Below, in pieces: positions 30,553 through 40,215 of a stretch of 64,000 nt of DNA (positions within the stretch are counted from its first letter, which is position 1; each line of letters starts with the position of its first letter). The DNA comes from Opitutales bacterium (lineage in GTDB: Bacteria > Verrucomicrobiota > Verrucomicrobiia > Opitutales > UBA953), in NCBI GenBank assembly GCA_040398005.1, contig JBBAUX010000004.1:28257-92256 (forward strand). The letters are read 5' to 3'. The translations under genes and the position numbers were made by a program. The notes beneath the pieces are model-generated. The model saw only the letters and a program-made list of their open reading frames with translations, was not told where the DNA came from and ran no database searches.

Positions 30553-31572
30553 ATGACTGATTCAGCTGATAAAAAGCCCGCCAAGCCGGTGGTTCTAACC
30601 TGTGCCCAGCCCACTGGGAGGCTTCATCTGGGTAATTATTTAGGCGCCGTGCTTAACTGGGGCCGCATGCAGGACGACTACGAATGCTTCTTTGGAATCG
30701 TAGATCAGCACGCCATCACCGTGCGCCAGGTTCCAGCCGAGTTGAGAGATAATACTTATTCTTGTTTGGCTCAGTACATCGCGTGCGGGCTCGATCCTTC
30801 TAAAAGTCATTTATTCGCGCAGTCTCATGTTATCGGACATACTGAACTCGCCTGGATTTTAGGCTGCCTCTGTCCGTTGGGTCAATTAGAACGCATGACG
30901 CAGTTTAAAGACAAGGCCCGCAAGCATGAGTCGGTTGATGCAGGGCTACTTTTTTATCCCGTGCTCATGGCGGCGGATATTTTACTCTATAACGCAGAAT
31001 TAGTTCCCGTGGGTGATGACCAGAAGCAACATTTAGAATTAGCCCGAGATTTGGCGGAAAAATTTAATCATCGTTATTCGGACACCTTTAAAATTCCTGA
31101 ACCTTTTATTTCGAAAGTAGGCTCACGCATTATGTCGTTGCAAGATCCCTCGGTAAAGATGTCGAAGTCTGACCCTAATCAATCATCGACTATTTATATT
31201 ACCGACTCCGAGTCCGAGATTCGAAAAAAGATTATGTCGTCGGTCACTGATTCGGGTAGCGAAGTAAAATTTGCTGAAGATAAGCCCGGCGTTTCTAATC
31301 TCTTAACCATCCTTTCCGCTTGTACGGGTGAATCTATTTCTACGTTAGAAAATAAATTTATCGGTAAAGGTTATGGTGATTTCAAGAAGGCCGTCGCGGA
31401 CGCCGTGGTCGCTACTTTGAATCCAGTACGTACGCGTTATGAAACGCTGATTAAAGACCGCACGGAGTTAGATAAAATCTTTAAAACAGGTGCAGAACAG
31501 GCCCAAAGTCGTGCCTTTAAGGTTCTCTCAAAAGTTAACCGTAAGGTGGGTTTTGTTGAGAGACCCAGATAA
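30553..31572 (+). CDS. trpS: Tryptophanyl-tRNA synthetase
   Basis: QPTGRLHLGNYLGA, YPVLMAADILLY, VPVGDDQKQHLE and KMSKS. Start moved to ATG 30553. Confidence 0.97.
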   Translation: MTDSADKKPAKPVVLTCAQPTGRLHLGNYLGAVLNWGRMQDDYECFFGIVDQHAITVRQVPAELRDNTYSCLAQYIACGLDPSKSHLFAQSHVIGHTELAWILGCLCPLGQLERMTQFKDKARKHESVDAGLLFYPVLMAADILLYNAELVPVGDDQKQHLELARDLAEKFNHRYSDTFKIPEPFISKVGSRIMSLQDPSVKMSKSDPNQSSTIYITDSESEIRKKIMSSVTDSGSEVKFAEDKPGVSNLLTILSACTGESISTLENKFIGKGYGDFKKAVADAVVATLNPVRTRYETLIKDRTELDKIFKTGAEQAQSRAFKVLSKVNRKVGFVERPR

Positions 31573-31592
31573 ATTTACCCCTAAAACTACCC

Positions 31593-32717
31593 ATGAAGAA
31601 CCGCGAAATCGAAAAAATACTTCAAGAGAAATGGTTTCTAGTCGCCGCAGATTTTCTGGCGGTGCTCGCCATTTTATTTATATATTCCGACGCTCCGAAG
31701 CGAGACGGCTGGGATGCTTTTCTCGCGGGTGCGGGCATTTTAATTGCTTCGTTAATTGTCGTTATCCCGGTGATGTCGGAGGGCGGAGACAAAAAAGAAA
31801 GAATGGCTGAGCAGGCTCGCTTGCGGGCTGCACTGAAAGAAGAGCTCGATCGACAACGCGATGAATTTAGATCCGCGATGGAAGTCCTTTCCCGTCGTCT
31901 CACTGAAGTGGAACAAAATAGTCGTTCGGCCAGTGAAGCGATTGCTCAGCGCGCTTCGACGGAAATCAACCAAATCAAATCGGCTTTTGCGATTTTAGAG
32001 AATAAAGTGAAGTCGGTTGAAAAAGATATAAGTTCAGCGGCTTCGTCGGCGAAGAAAGAAGACATTGATGATTTAAACGAAAAGGTAGGTTCGCTCACGA
32101 ATACCCTGCGCGGCGTGGTGGCAGACACGGAAGAAGTGGCGGATGACTTTAAGAAAGTGCGCGATGAAATTAAAAAGGTCGGTCAACAAATTGAGAAAAC
32201 GAGTGACCGTATAGATGATTTACAATCTCAGGTGAAATCGATTCAGGAAAACCCCTCTAAGGCCTCCGCTCCTAGTCCAGCTTCCGTCCAGGAAGAAGAG
32301 CCGGAGGCCGAAGCGGTTATTTCTGATGATGAAGAAGATGTAAATGATGAAGAAGTTGAAGAGGCGGAAGAAGTGGAGGTAGAAATTGAAGAAGTGGCGA
32401 AAACCGAAGCGGAGCCGGTTGAAGAAAAAGCCGCTCCTGCTACAGCATCTGCCCAGGGCACCGCACTAACGATCAACCTCATGATTGGTATTGGAAATAA
32501 GCCTTATGTGCGTGGTACGGGTCCTGGTTTGAGTATGGAAAAAGGTATTCCGATGACATTTTTAGGAATCGGTCGCTGGCAGTGGATTTCTCTAGATCCG
32601 GAAGCGCCGGCAACGGTTGAGGTTTGGAAAAATGATCAAACACCTTTGGGCGAGCCTCTGTATCTTTCAGGCGGCGAGCCCGTTGAAGTGAATGAAGATC
32701 ATTTTGCGGGATCTTAA
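31593..32717 (+). CDS. Membrane-anchored coiled-coil protein with an acidic linker and small C-terminal beta domain
   Basis: Two N-terminal TM helices, a long heptad region, an E/D-rich tract and C-terminal IGIGNKPYVRGTGPGLSMEKG...RWQW. Confidence 0.7.
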   Translation: MKNREIEKILQEKWFLVAADFLAVLAILFIYSDAPKRDGWDAFLAGAGILIASLIVVIPVMSEGGDKKERMAEQARLRAALKEELDRQRDEFRSAMEVLSRRLTEVEQNSRSASEAIAQRASTEINQIKSAFAILENKVKSVEKDISSAASSAKKEDIDDLNEKVGSLTNTLRGVVADTEEVADDFKKVRDEIKKVGQQIEKTSDRIDDLQSQVKSIQENPSKASAPSPASVQEEEPEAEAVISDDEEDVNDEEVEEAEEVEVEIEEVAKTEAEPVEEKAAPATASAQGTALTINLMIGIGNKPYVRGTGPGLSMEKGIPMTFLGIGRWQWISLDPEAPATVEVWKNDQTPLGEPLYLSGGEPVEVNEDHFAGS

Positions 32718-32720
32718 TGT

Positions 32721-33815
32721 ATGTTCAGTTTGTTGGCTGCTTGTATCCTTTTAACGACTCCGCCTGCGACTCCGGAAGTTCCCCGCGCTGAGCCGCATCT
32801 CTATATTAACGAGACTTCACTGGGTGTGGTTTTAGGATATAATTTAAACGAGTTAAGTTTTGTCGCTTCGCACTGTGAGGCCATCAACCGCTACATGGAG
32901 CAGGTATTATTCATGCCGGCTTTGCCTCCTCCTAAAGCACGCATTGAGTTAGTAGAAGTCAAAAACGCTCCTCCCGTTTCAGTGAGAAATTTGAGCGGAG
33001 AAATTCTCACGCAAATTAATATTAATACGAAAGAAGATATTTCGGACCAAGTGGCTGAGGCGGTCGCGTGTACCTGGTTAGCCCGTGCCGCTTTGGCGGG
33101 AGGGCGGCCCTACGACAAGAGTCCCGTCTGGTTGCGCCAAGCTTTGAAGTCGGAGATCACTGGATTATTGCGCCCGGCGATGGTGGATTGGTGGTATCGT
33201 CAAGGCCGTACAAACACCCCGTCATCATTAGATAAAATTATAAAAGGGCAGGCGTCCGACTTGGAATCTTTTCTGTTTTGGCGAGCGGTCCGCAATGAAA
33301 TAGGCACGAGTGCTGAACAAACCAAAATTCTCATTAACAGCGCACAGGGTGAAGATATTTTAAAATTAGTAGTTAAGCACAAATCCCTCGATGAAAGCTG
33401 GTGGTTAACGGTGCGGGCAAATTTATTATTAAATCGGACACCCGTGAGTTTGGGTATGCGCGAATCGGCTGAGACGCTCGATGATTTATCGAGATTCGTT
33501 TTCGATTTAGGTCAGGGTGATGTCATTTTAACCGGCCCGATGGCGGTTAAAAATCGCGATGCCCAAGGTGTACAATTAGAAATGAAGTCACGCCTGGTTG
33601 CTTTGCGTCGAGAGGTTTTACGGCAAAATCCTATTTATCATAATGCTTGGCGAACGCTGGGTACGTGGTTGGAAAATTTTTCTACCGCCAAGCCCGAAGA
33701 ATTGGATCAGCAGTGGGAAGAGTTCTTAAAGGAGCGTAGGGCGGCTAACGAATTAAGAAAAGAAATTGAGACCGCGCTTTCGGCTGATTTGTCCAAAAAA
33801 GAAGGCCAGCAGTGA
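32721..33815 (+). CDS. Hypothetical protein with a putative signal peptide
   Basis: 364-codon ORF 3 nt after the previous stop, ending in a terminator; no recognised motif. Confidence 0.65.
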   Translation: MFSLLAACILLTTPPATPEVPRAEPHLYINETSLGVVLGYNLNELSFVASHCEAINRYMEQVLFMPALPPPKARIELVEVKNAPPVSVRNLSGEILTQININTKEDISDQVAEAVACTWLARAALAGGRPYDKSPVWLRQALKSEITGLLRPAMVDWWYRQGRTNTPSSLDKIIKGQASDLESFLFWRAVRNEIGTSAEQTKILINSAQGEDILKLVVKHKSLDESWWLTVRANLLLNRTPVSLGMRESAETLDDLSRFVFDLGQGDVILTGPMAVKNRDAQGVQLEMKSRLVALRREVLRQNPIYHNAWRTLGTWLENFSTAKPEELDQQWEEFLKERRAANELRKEIETALSADLSKKEGQQ

Positions 33816-33828
33816 GCTGGCCTTCTTT
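33798..33828. terminator. Bidirectional intrinsic terminator
   Basis: AAAGAAGGCCAGC-AGTGA-GCTGGCCTTCTTT perfect inverted repeat between convergent genes. Confidence 0.8.
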
Positions 33829-33846
33829 GGACGGAAGAATTTTTAA

Positions 33847-34107
33847 TTAGTTATTCTTCTGCGATTCTACTTTTTGCAGAACTTGGTCAGCGAGCGTGAC
33901 TCGGAAGAGTGAGAGGGCTAACCAGAATACACCCGAAAGGCAGGCTGAGGCATAGGCGCCCCCGAGTAAGACTGCGAATTCGCCGGCTTCGACCCAAGGC
34001 ACGTGGTTTTTAAGAACGTCCGTCATGGCTGCGAAGAAAATGAGCGTCAGGGTGACATCGATGATTGCCCCTTGTTTGGTGACCAGCTTTGGCTTCAAGT
34101 TATCCAT
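33847..34107 (-). CDS. Small two-TM hypothetical membrane protein
   Basis: 86 aa with two hydrophobic segments; followed by the terminator. Confidence 0.65.
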   Translation of the reverse strand: MDNLKPKLVTKQGAIIDVTLTLIFFAAMTDVLKNHVPWVEAGEFAVLLGGAYASACLSGVFWLALSLFRVTLADQVLQKVESQKNN

Positions 34108-34291
34108 GGATTCAACATTGGTGGCTTTATCTCAATGTCTGTCAATACTACCCGATTTTTACCTTTTATATTTGATAGTGGGTGGTCATTTTCTCGCATC
34201 TACCCCTTGCCAATAGGTGTATCTCCATCATTCTGCCCGCCCGGTGGGGTATTGCCACCCGCTAATTAACACTCAATAAACTTTATCAATT

Positions 34292-37117
34292 ATGGCCGTA
34301 GAGCTCAAGGACACCCTGAATTTACCTGTGACCGACTTCCCCATGCGGGCAGGGTTGGCTGAGCGCGAACCTGTGCGAATTACCCACTGGGATCGCCTTA
34401 AATTATATGAAAAAATCCAGCAGCGTGCCGCAGGTAAGCCAGCGTTCGTTCTGCACGACGGTCCGCCTTTCACCAACGGCGACGTTCATATCGGAACGGC
34501 ACTCAACAAACTTTTAAAAGATTCTATCCTGCGTTTCAAATCGATGAAAGGTTTGCGTACGCCGTATGTGCCTGGCTGGGATTGTCACGGCTTGCCGATT
34601 GAGCATAAAGTAATGAAAGAACTGCAGGCGAATAAACAAACCTTAGAACCTTTGGGTATTCGCAAAGCGTGTGCGGAATTTTCGGCGAGCTACATCGAAA
34701 AACAACGCGGTCAATTCCGTCGTTTAGGAGTTCTGGCCGATTGGAAATCGGAATACCGTACGATGGATCCCGTTTATGAATCTGAAATTCTAAAAGGATT
34801 TTCTAATTTCGTTGAACAAGGTTTGGTCTATCGTTCGAAGAAACCCGTTTACTGGTCGATTCCCTGTCAGACCGCTTTAGCAGAAGCGGAAATCGAATAC
34901 ATCACGAAACGCTCTTACTCCATTTGGGTAGCGTTCCCGGTCACTCAACCGGAGAGCAAAGGACTTAAGCCCGCTCATCCTCTGTACGTAGTGATTTGGA
35001 CCACGACTCCTTGGACGTTGCCCGCCAATCTCGCGATCGCGGTTCACCCTGAGTTCGATTACGTCGAAGTAATCCACGGAGAAAAATCTTATCTCGTAGC
35101 CACTGCTCGTCGTGATGCTTTTGTTAATGAATGTGGATTAGAAGGCGCCGTTGATGGATTTAAAGTTAAAGGAAAAAATCTCGAAGGCCTGTTACCGCGC
35201 CATCCTTTTATTGAGCGTGACGCTCCCGTGGTTTTAGCTGACTACGTAACGACCGATGCAGGTTCGGGCTGTGTTCACACGGCACCCGGACACGGCTTAG
35301 AGGATTTTCAAACCGGAAATAAATATGGTCTCGAACCTTATTGTCCGGTTCGTGACGATGGAACATACGCTGATGATGGACGTGTGCCTCAGGAATTAGT
35401 TGGCGTTACCGTTTTAGAAACCGAAGGAAAAAATCCTGCGAACATTGCCGTACTCACAATCTTAAAAGCGAAGGGTGCCCTTATCAAATCATCCACCTTT
35501 GAGCATCAATACCCTCATTGTTGGCGTTCGAAGTCGCCGGTGGTTTTTCGCGCACTTGATCAATGGTTCGTTGGATTAGATCGCGGTGGACTTCGCGCTA
35601 AAGCTTTAGCTTCGGTCAGTCAGGTAAAATGGATTCCAGCGAGCGGAGAGAATCGTATTCGCGCGGCACTCGAAGGCCGTCCGGATTGGTGTATCTCTCG
35701 TCAGCGTGCTTGGGGTGTTCCGATTCCTTCATTTTATTCACCCTCCACGGGCGATTCTTATTTGGATGCAGGTGTGGTTCGTCACGTCGCGGCTCAAGTT
35801 ACGAAGCAGGGTGGAGATTGGTGGTGGGCGACGGAGGTGAACGAGGTTCTTAACGGCGCACCTGTGCCTGCGAATTGGCCGAAGGATTTAAAGAAGGGTA
35901 GTGATACACTCGACGTTTGGATTGATTCTGGTTCCAGTCACTTAGCAGTCTGCGCACTCCACCCCGACTTACACTGGCCCGCTGATTTATATTTAGAAGG
36001 ATCCGACCAACATCGTGGTTGGTTCCAATCATCACTCTGGACCGCGATTGCGGTTAAAGGTGCACCCCCGTATCGCGCGGTACTCACTCACGGATTTGTG
36101 GTGAATGAGAAACGTCAGAAAATTTCCAAGTCAGATAATTCAGGCAAACCACAAACGGCGGATGACTATGTCAAAAAATACGGCGCCGATATTGTTCGTC
36201 TGTGGGTGGCTTCAGAAAATTATCAAAGCGATATCCCCATTTCGGATGCAATCTTCGAGACGATCTCGAATCAATATCGCGGAATGCGTAACTCGCTCCG
36301 CTATCAACTAGGAAACTTGCACGACTTTAATCCAAGTACCGATACTGTCCCCACCGGAAAATTATCTCTCATTGATCGCTGGGTCTTAGTGGAGACCGCA
36401 AAACTCATTCGTGAAGTCTCCGACGCCTGTGAGCGTTATGAGTTCCATCGTGCCGCGGCTGCGATTGCGGCATTTACGACCGGAACCTTATCCGCGACCT
36501 ATCATAATATTGTTAAGGATCGTTTATACACCATGGCGGTGAATCATCCGCTGCGTCGTTCCACACAGACCGCGCTTTATCAAGTTCTGCAAGTATACTT
36601 AAAACTCATTGCGCCTTTCGTACCTTTTACAGCGGATGAAGCTTGGTCACATCTGCATCACAAAACCGAGTACAACGATGACACTGCTGTGCACTTGCAG
36701 GATTGGCCAGTAGTCGAAAGCGAGTGGGAAGATGCTACCGGCCTGGAGGCTCATGTGGCCTTTATCGCTATCCAAAATTTAGCCGCGCAGGTGAATATCC
36801 CTCTCGAGAAGTTACGTCAGGAGAAGAAAATCGGACAATCCCTCGAGGCCGCGGTGGACGTTTCGGCCGATCCTCAGAATAAGGATTTTGCCCTATTAAG
36901 TCGTTATTCTGAACTTTTAAGCGAGTTTTGGATAGTTTCGGCGGTGACTCTGACTCCGACGGTTGGGGCTGACTTGACATTTAAAGTAGACCACGCACTT
37001 GGGGTGCGTTGCCCACGCTCTTGGCGCTGGGTTCCTGAACTTGTGAATGCTGGAGAATTTGGTATGGTCTCTCCACGTTGCCGCGAAGCCCTCGCTTCTA
37101 AATTTTCACTCAGCTAA
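34292..37117 (+). CDS. ileS: Isoleucyl-tRNA synthetase (type 1 architecture)
   Basis: LHDGPP, PGWDCHGLPIE, WTTTPWTLPAN, DWCISRQR and EGSDQHRGWF; variant HIGT and KISKS motifs. Confidence 0.97.
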   Translation: MAVELKDTLNLPVTDFPMRAGLAEREPVRITHWDRLKLYEKIQQRAAGKPAFVLHDGPPFTNGDVHIGTALNKLLKDSILRFKSMKGLRTPYVPGWDCHGLPIEHKVMKELQANKQTLEPLGIRKACAEFSASYIEKQRGQFRRLGVLADWKSEYRTMDPVYESEILKGFSNFVEQGLVYRSKKPVYWSIPCQTALAEAEIEYITKRSYSIWVAFPVTQPESKGLKPAHPLYVVIWTTTPWTLPANLAIAVHPEFDYVEVIHGEKSYLVATARRDAFVNECGLEGAVDGFKVKGKNLEGLLPRHPFIERDAPVVLADYVTTDAGSGCVHTAPGHGLEDFQTGNKYGLEPYCPVRDDGTYADDGRVPQELVGVTVLETEGKNPANIAVLTILKAKGALIKSSTFEHQYPHCWRSKSPVVFRALDQWFVGLDRGGLRAKALASVSQVKWIPASGENRIRAALEGRPDWCISRQRAWGVPIPSFYSPSTGDSYLDAGVVRHVAAQVTKQGGDWWWATEVNEVLNGAPVPANWPKDLKKGSDTLDVWIDSGSSHLAVCALHPDLHWPADLYLEGSDQHRGWFQSSLWTAIAVKGAPPYRAVLTHGFVVNEKRQKISKSDNSGKPQTADDYVKKYGADIVRLWVASENYQSDIPISDAIFETISNQYRGMRNSLRYQLGNLHDFNPSTDTVPTGKLSLIDRWVLVETAKLIREVSDACERYEFHRAAAAIAAFTTGTLSATYHNIVKDRLYTMAVNHPLRRSTQTALYQVLQVYLKLIAPFVPFTADEAWSHLHHKTEYNDDTAVHLQDWPVVESEWEDATGLEAHVAFIAIQNLAAQVNIPLEKLRQEKKIGQSLEAAVDVSADPQNKDFALLSRYSELLSEFWIVSAVTLTPTVGADLTFKVDHALGVRCPRSWRWVPELVNAGEFGMVSPRCREALASKFSLS

Positions 37118-37122
37118 TTTTC

Positions 37123-38202
37123 ATGCCTAAGAAAACTCCTCCCAAAAAATCAGCCGCAAAAAAACCTGCAGCTAAATCTTCACCGAAGAAGCCTATCGTT
37201 GTTGCTAAAAAAATTACGGCGCCGATCAAAGCCAAGCCGCTTACAAAAAAGAATGTTAAACCTGCTGCTCCCGTCAAAAGTGCGAAGGCTCCGGTTAAAC
37301 CTCTTACCAAAAAAGTAGACGCGAAGAAGCCTGCGGTGGTCGCCAAAGTGCCTGCTGGTAAAAACGCTAAGGGCACAGCCAAAATCGATAACAAGGCTAA
37401 GCACGACAAACAAAAAGCCACCCTTGATAGCCATCGTGATGCAAAAAATGTTAAAGTAGAAGCTGTGTTGCAGGCTCCCGTTCGTCCGAAGTTACAATTT
37501 TTCACCGTCGAAAACGTTCATGAGTTTTTAAAGGCCCATAAGAAGGGTGGCTCGAAACTGAATTTATGGGTGCCCGACGAGGAACGTAAGGCGCGTGAGA
37601 GAGCGGCCACTTCATCCCGTGCTCAACCCGTTAAAGTTCTTAATGTTGAATCCGCTTCGATTGCTGATTTATTGGGCGGATCTAATCCTTTCCGTAAGGG
37701 CTCTAGTGCGGGTGATGAAGTTAAAGAAATTCCCGAAAAACTTCGCCGCTATTACCACCTCTTGATGGCAATGCGTGAAGCCATTCAGAAGGGCTTGGCT
37801 TTTCACTCCGAAGAAGCACTCAAGAAGAACGGTAAAGAGGACGCTGGTGACCTTTCTGGCTACTCACAACACATGGCCGATGCGGGTAGCGATACCGCCG
37901 ATCGTGACTTCGCGCTCTCCCTCATTTCGAACGAGCAAGAGGCCCTTAAAGAAATCTCGGACGCTATTGTACGTATGAAGAAAAACTCTTACGGTGTTTG
38001 TGAAATCACCAATAAGTCTATTCCGCACGCTCGTTTGATGGCTGTTCCTTTCACCCGTTATTCGCTCGAAGGCCAAAAAGAACTCGAACGGACTCGTCGC
38101 GCTAGCCGTCGTCGTGGGGGTAATCCTCTCGGCGAAATCGGTGATGAAGTCGGATTCGGTTCCGGCGGTGGCGGCGGTGAAGATGACACTCCCGAGACTT
38201 GA
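37123..38202 (+). CDS. dksA: DksA/TraR family regulator with a Lys/Ala/Pro-rich N-terminal extension
   Basis: QHMADAGSD coiled-coil tip and YGVCEIT..IP.ARL.AVPFTRYS C-terminus; lies between ileS and lspA. Confidence 0.8.
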   Translation: MPKKTPPKKSAAKKPAAKSSPKKPIVVAKKITAPIKAKPLTKKNVKPAAPVKSAKAPVKPLTKKVDAKKPAVVAKVPAGKNAKGTAKIDNKAKHDKQKATLDSHRDAKNVKVEAVLQAPVRPKLQFFTVENVHEFLKAHKKGGSKLNLWVPDEERKARERAATSSRAQPVKVLNVESASIADLLGGSNPFRKGSSAGDEVKEIPEKLRRYYHLLMAMREAIQKGLAFHSEEALKKNGKEDAGDLSGYSQHMADAGSDTADRDFALSLISNEQEALKEISDAIVRMKKNSYGVCEITNKSIPHARLMAVPFTRYSLEGQKELERTRRASRRRGGNPLGEIGDEVGFGSGGGGGEDDTPET

Positions 38203-38768
38203 GCTCAGGCTTAATCCAGTTTGATCGGTTTCGTCCCTATCGCACATTCTGGTGCGTCATGGGCGTATCCGTTTTGTTGGATTGGCTGACCAAAGTTTGG
38301 GTCGTTCAAACGATTCCCTTTGGTGCTTATTTTCTCGATGATCCCGACCGCCAACCAATCATTATTTTTTCCAGATTTTGGTTAGTGCATGTCGGCAACA
38401 AAGGGGCCGCTTGGGGTCTGGGTGCGCAGCAGGATGTTAAGCCCATTCTTATTTTTCTGGCTTTTGCCGTGCTGGCTTTAATTTGGCGTTGGCGAAAACC
38501 TTTGATGCGTGAATTGAGTTACGGACAACTTGCCTTTGGTTTATTTGTCGGCGGTACCCTCGGAAACGTGATTGATCGATTGCTCGGTGATCACGTGATC
38601 GATTTTATTGATATTCATTTACCTTATTATCGTTTCCCCGCTTTTAATATCGCCGACTCGTGTATTTGTGTGGGGGTCGGTTTGTATTTATTTATGTCGT
38701 ACCGCGAAGATAGTTTGAGACGCGAAGCGATGGCCTCACACGCGGGAGAGGATAATATTAAAAGATAA
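38199..38768 (+). CDS. lspA: Lipoprotein signal peptidase II
   Basis: DWLTK, NKGAAWG, GGTLGNVIDR, VIDFI and PAFNIADS. Confidence 0.95.
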   Translation: MSSGLIQFDRFRPYRTFWCVMGVSVLLDWLTKVWVVQTIPFGAYFLDDPDRQPIIIFSRFWLVHVGNKGAAWGLGAQQDVKPILIFLAFAVLALIWRWRKPLMRELSYGQLAFGLFVGGTLGNVIDRLLGDHVIDFIDIHLPYYRFPAFNIADSCICVGVGLYLFMSYREDSLRREAMASHAGEDNIKR

Positions 38769-38797
38769 TTGTGCTACGACTCGATGGTGCCGCGAAT

Positions 38798-39595
38798 CTA
38801 AACACCTTTGCGTAGTCGCTTTAAGACCGTGGCGAAGTCGGTGGGCAAGGGCGCTTCAATTTCAAATGCTTTACCATCCACGACTCCTTCGACTTTTTGT
38901 AGATGAAGGAGTAAGCAGCGATGGAGGGGATGATCTTCGCCTTTATTGATTCTTCCGCGTCTGACGGTGTCGGCTAAAGTAATTCGACCCGTGCGTTCAT
39001 AGTTTAATTCACCGGCGATTTTAATTCCGCACTCATGGGCGTGGATGCGTATTTGATCGCGTCGAGGGTAACGGGTTTTTGCCGTCCACTGTCGCCAGCC
39101 ATTAAAAACTTCCCCGCCGATGAAATCGGTCTCTGCTTGTTTCCCGCGGTGACTAGAGATAAAGGCCCGCCTGCGGGTATCATCCATGCCAATCGATAAA
39201 TCGCACACCCCGCCTTCGTTAGGAGCGTCTTCATTTTTAGCCATGAGCGTATAGGTGAATTGTAGTTGAAAAGACCCCAGAGCGTCACGCCACGCAGCTA
39301 AAGTGCTGGCGCGATCGGCGACCACGGCCACTCCCGAGACTTCGGGTTCAGGTCCGAAAGCTGAAGCAGGTTCTTGTAAACCCAATCGCACGATTTCGGG
39401 TTTACCCATTTCGAGTTGTGAGCGAATGGCCCCAATCAAATGCGTTTCTCCGTTTTGCCACGGATGGTCGTCGAAAGGAATTTGCCCAGGTTTAGAAATC
39501 GCGAACCAACCCTCGCCTTGTTGCAGGATATCGAGTCGCAAGGCTTCCTCGCCAAAGAGTCCGCTAGGAAATCCGATGGAGAGAGGCTTGGTCAT
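38798..39595 (-). CDS. RluA-family pseudouridine synthase-like protein, catalytic motif degenerate
   Basis: ISKPG (motif I), QIRIH (motif III), GELNY, LLH and EAPLP; motif II reads FGPEPEVSG instead of HRLDxxTSG. Confidence 0.7.
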   Translation of the reverse strand: MTKPLSIGFPSGLFGEEALRLDILQQGEGWFAISKPGQIPFDDHPWQNGETHLIGAIRSQLEMGKPEIVRLGLQEPASAFGPEPEVSGVAVVADRASTLAAWRDALGSFQLQFTYTLMAKNEDAPNEGGVCDLSIGMDDTRRRAFISSHRGKQAETDFIGGEVFNGWRQWTAKTRYPRRDQIRIHAHECGIKIAGELNYERTGRITLADTVRRGRINKGEDHPLHRCLLLHLQKVEGVVDGKAFEIEAPLPTDFATVLKRLRKGV

Positions 39596-39604
39596 AATTA
39601 AAAT

Positions 39605-39640
39605 AAAAAACCCCGACGTCGTGAAGACGGCGGGGTTTTT
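39605..39640 (-). terminator. Intrinsic terminator after rpsT
   Basis: AAAAAACCCCGACGTC-GTGAA-GACGGCGGGGTTTTT hairpin with A/T tracts on both sides. Confidence 0.8.
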
Positions 39641-39658
39641 AGGAAAAACTTTAAATCA

Positions 39659-39904
39659 CTATTTTTTAGCAGCCGCTAATTTCTTCGCGAGGCGAGCCTT
39701 GATACGATTAGCCTTATTGCGATGAATCACGCCGGACTTAACTGCTTTGTCGGCAGCTGAGGCAACGAGTGAGGCGACTGCGGCGGGTGCGCCAGCAGTG
39801 AAACCTTTAACGAGGGATTTCAGACGGGTGCGGACGATCTTATTACGAGCGGCGCGAGCGGCGGTCTGACGGACGCTCTTTTTGTTAGCTTTGATGTTGG
39901 CCAT
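39659..39904 (-). CDS. rpsT: 30S ribosomal protein S20
   Basis: MANIKANKKSVRQ...DKAVKSGVIHRNKANR. Confidence 0.95.
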   Translation of the reverse strand: MANIKANKKSVRQTAARAARNKIVRTRLKSLVKGFTAGAPAAVASLVASAADKAVKSGVIHRNKANRIKARLAKKLAAAKK

Positions 39905-39995
39905 GTGAAGTATTAGGGAAGCCGTGGCTAGCCCTCGGAGTCAACGCGGATTTAATCAAAATACCCGCTTTCTTCGGGGGCTTTGAAATTCCTGC

Positions 39996-40082
39996 TGGTG
40001 GAAGGGGTGGGATTCGAACCCACGAACAGCGAAGCTGAACGGATTTACAGTCCGCGACCTTTAGCCACTTGGATACCCTTCC
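39996..40082 (-). tRNA. tRNA-Tyr(GTA)
   Basis: GGAAGGG acceptor stem, GCGGA-CTGTAAA-TCCGT anticodon arm, long variable arm, GTTCGAATC T-loop and encoded CCA. Confidence 0.95.
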
Positions 40083-40215
40083 AGACCAGTAGGAAGGGCT
40101 TATTTGGCACTCTGGGAGTATGATGACAAGCGCTTTTCGACGTTTTGAACTCTTTTCCTAATAATGTCTGAAATGGACTAAAAGGCCTTCACTCTTGGGC
40201 TGATTTCTTCACTCT

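Noticed and set aside
34108..34291. Possible T-box upstream of ileS
   Set aside because: No T-box consensus or terminator; only a short GGTGG/CCACC hairpin, and the space is shared with a divergent gene.
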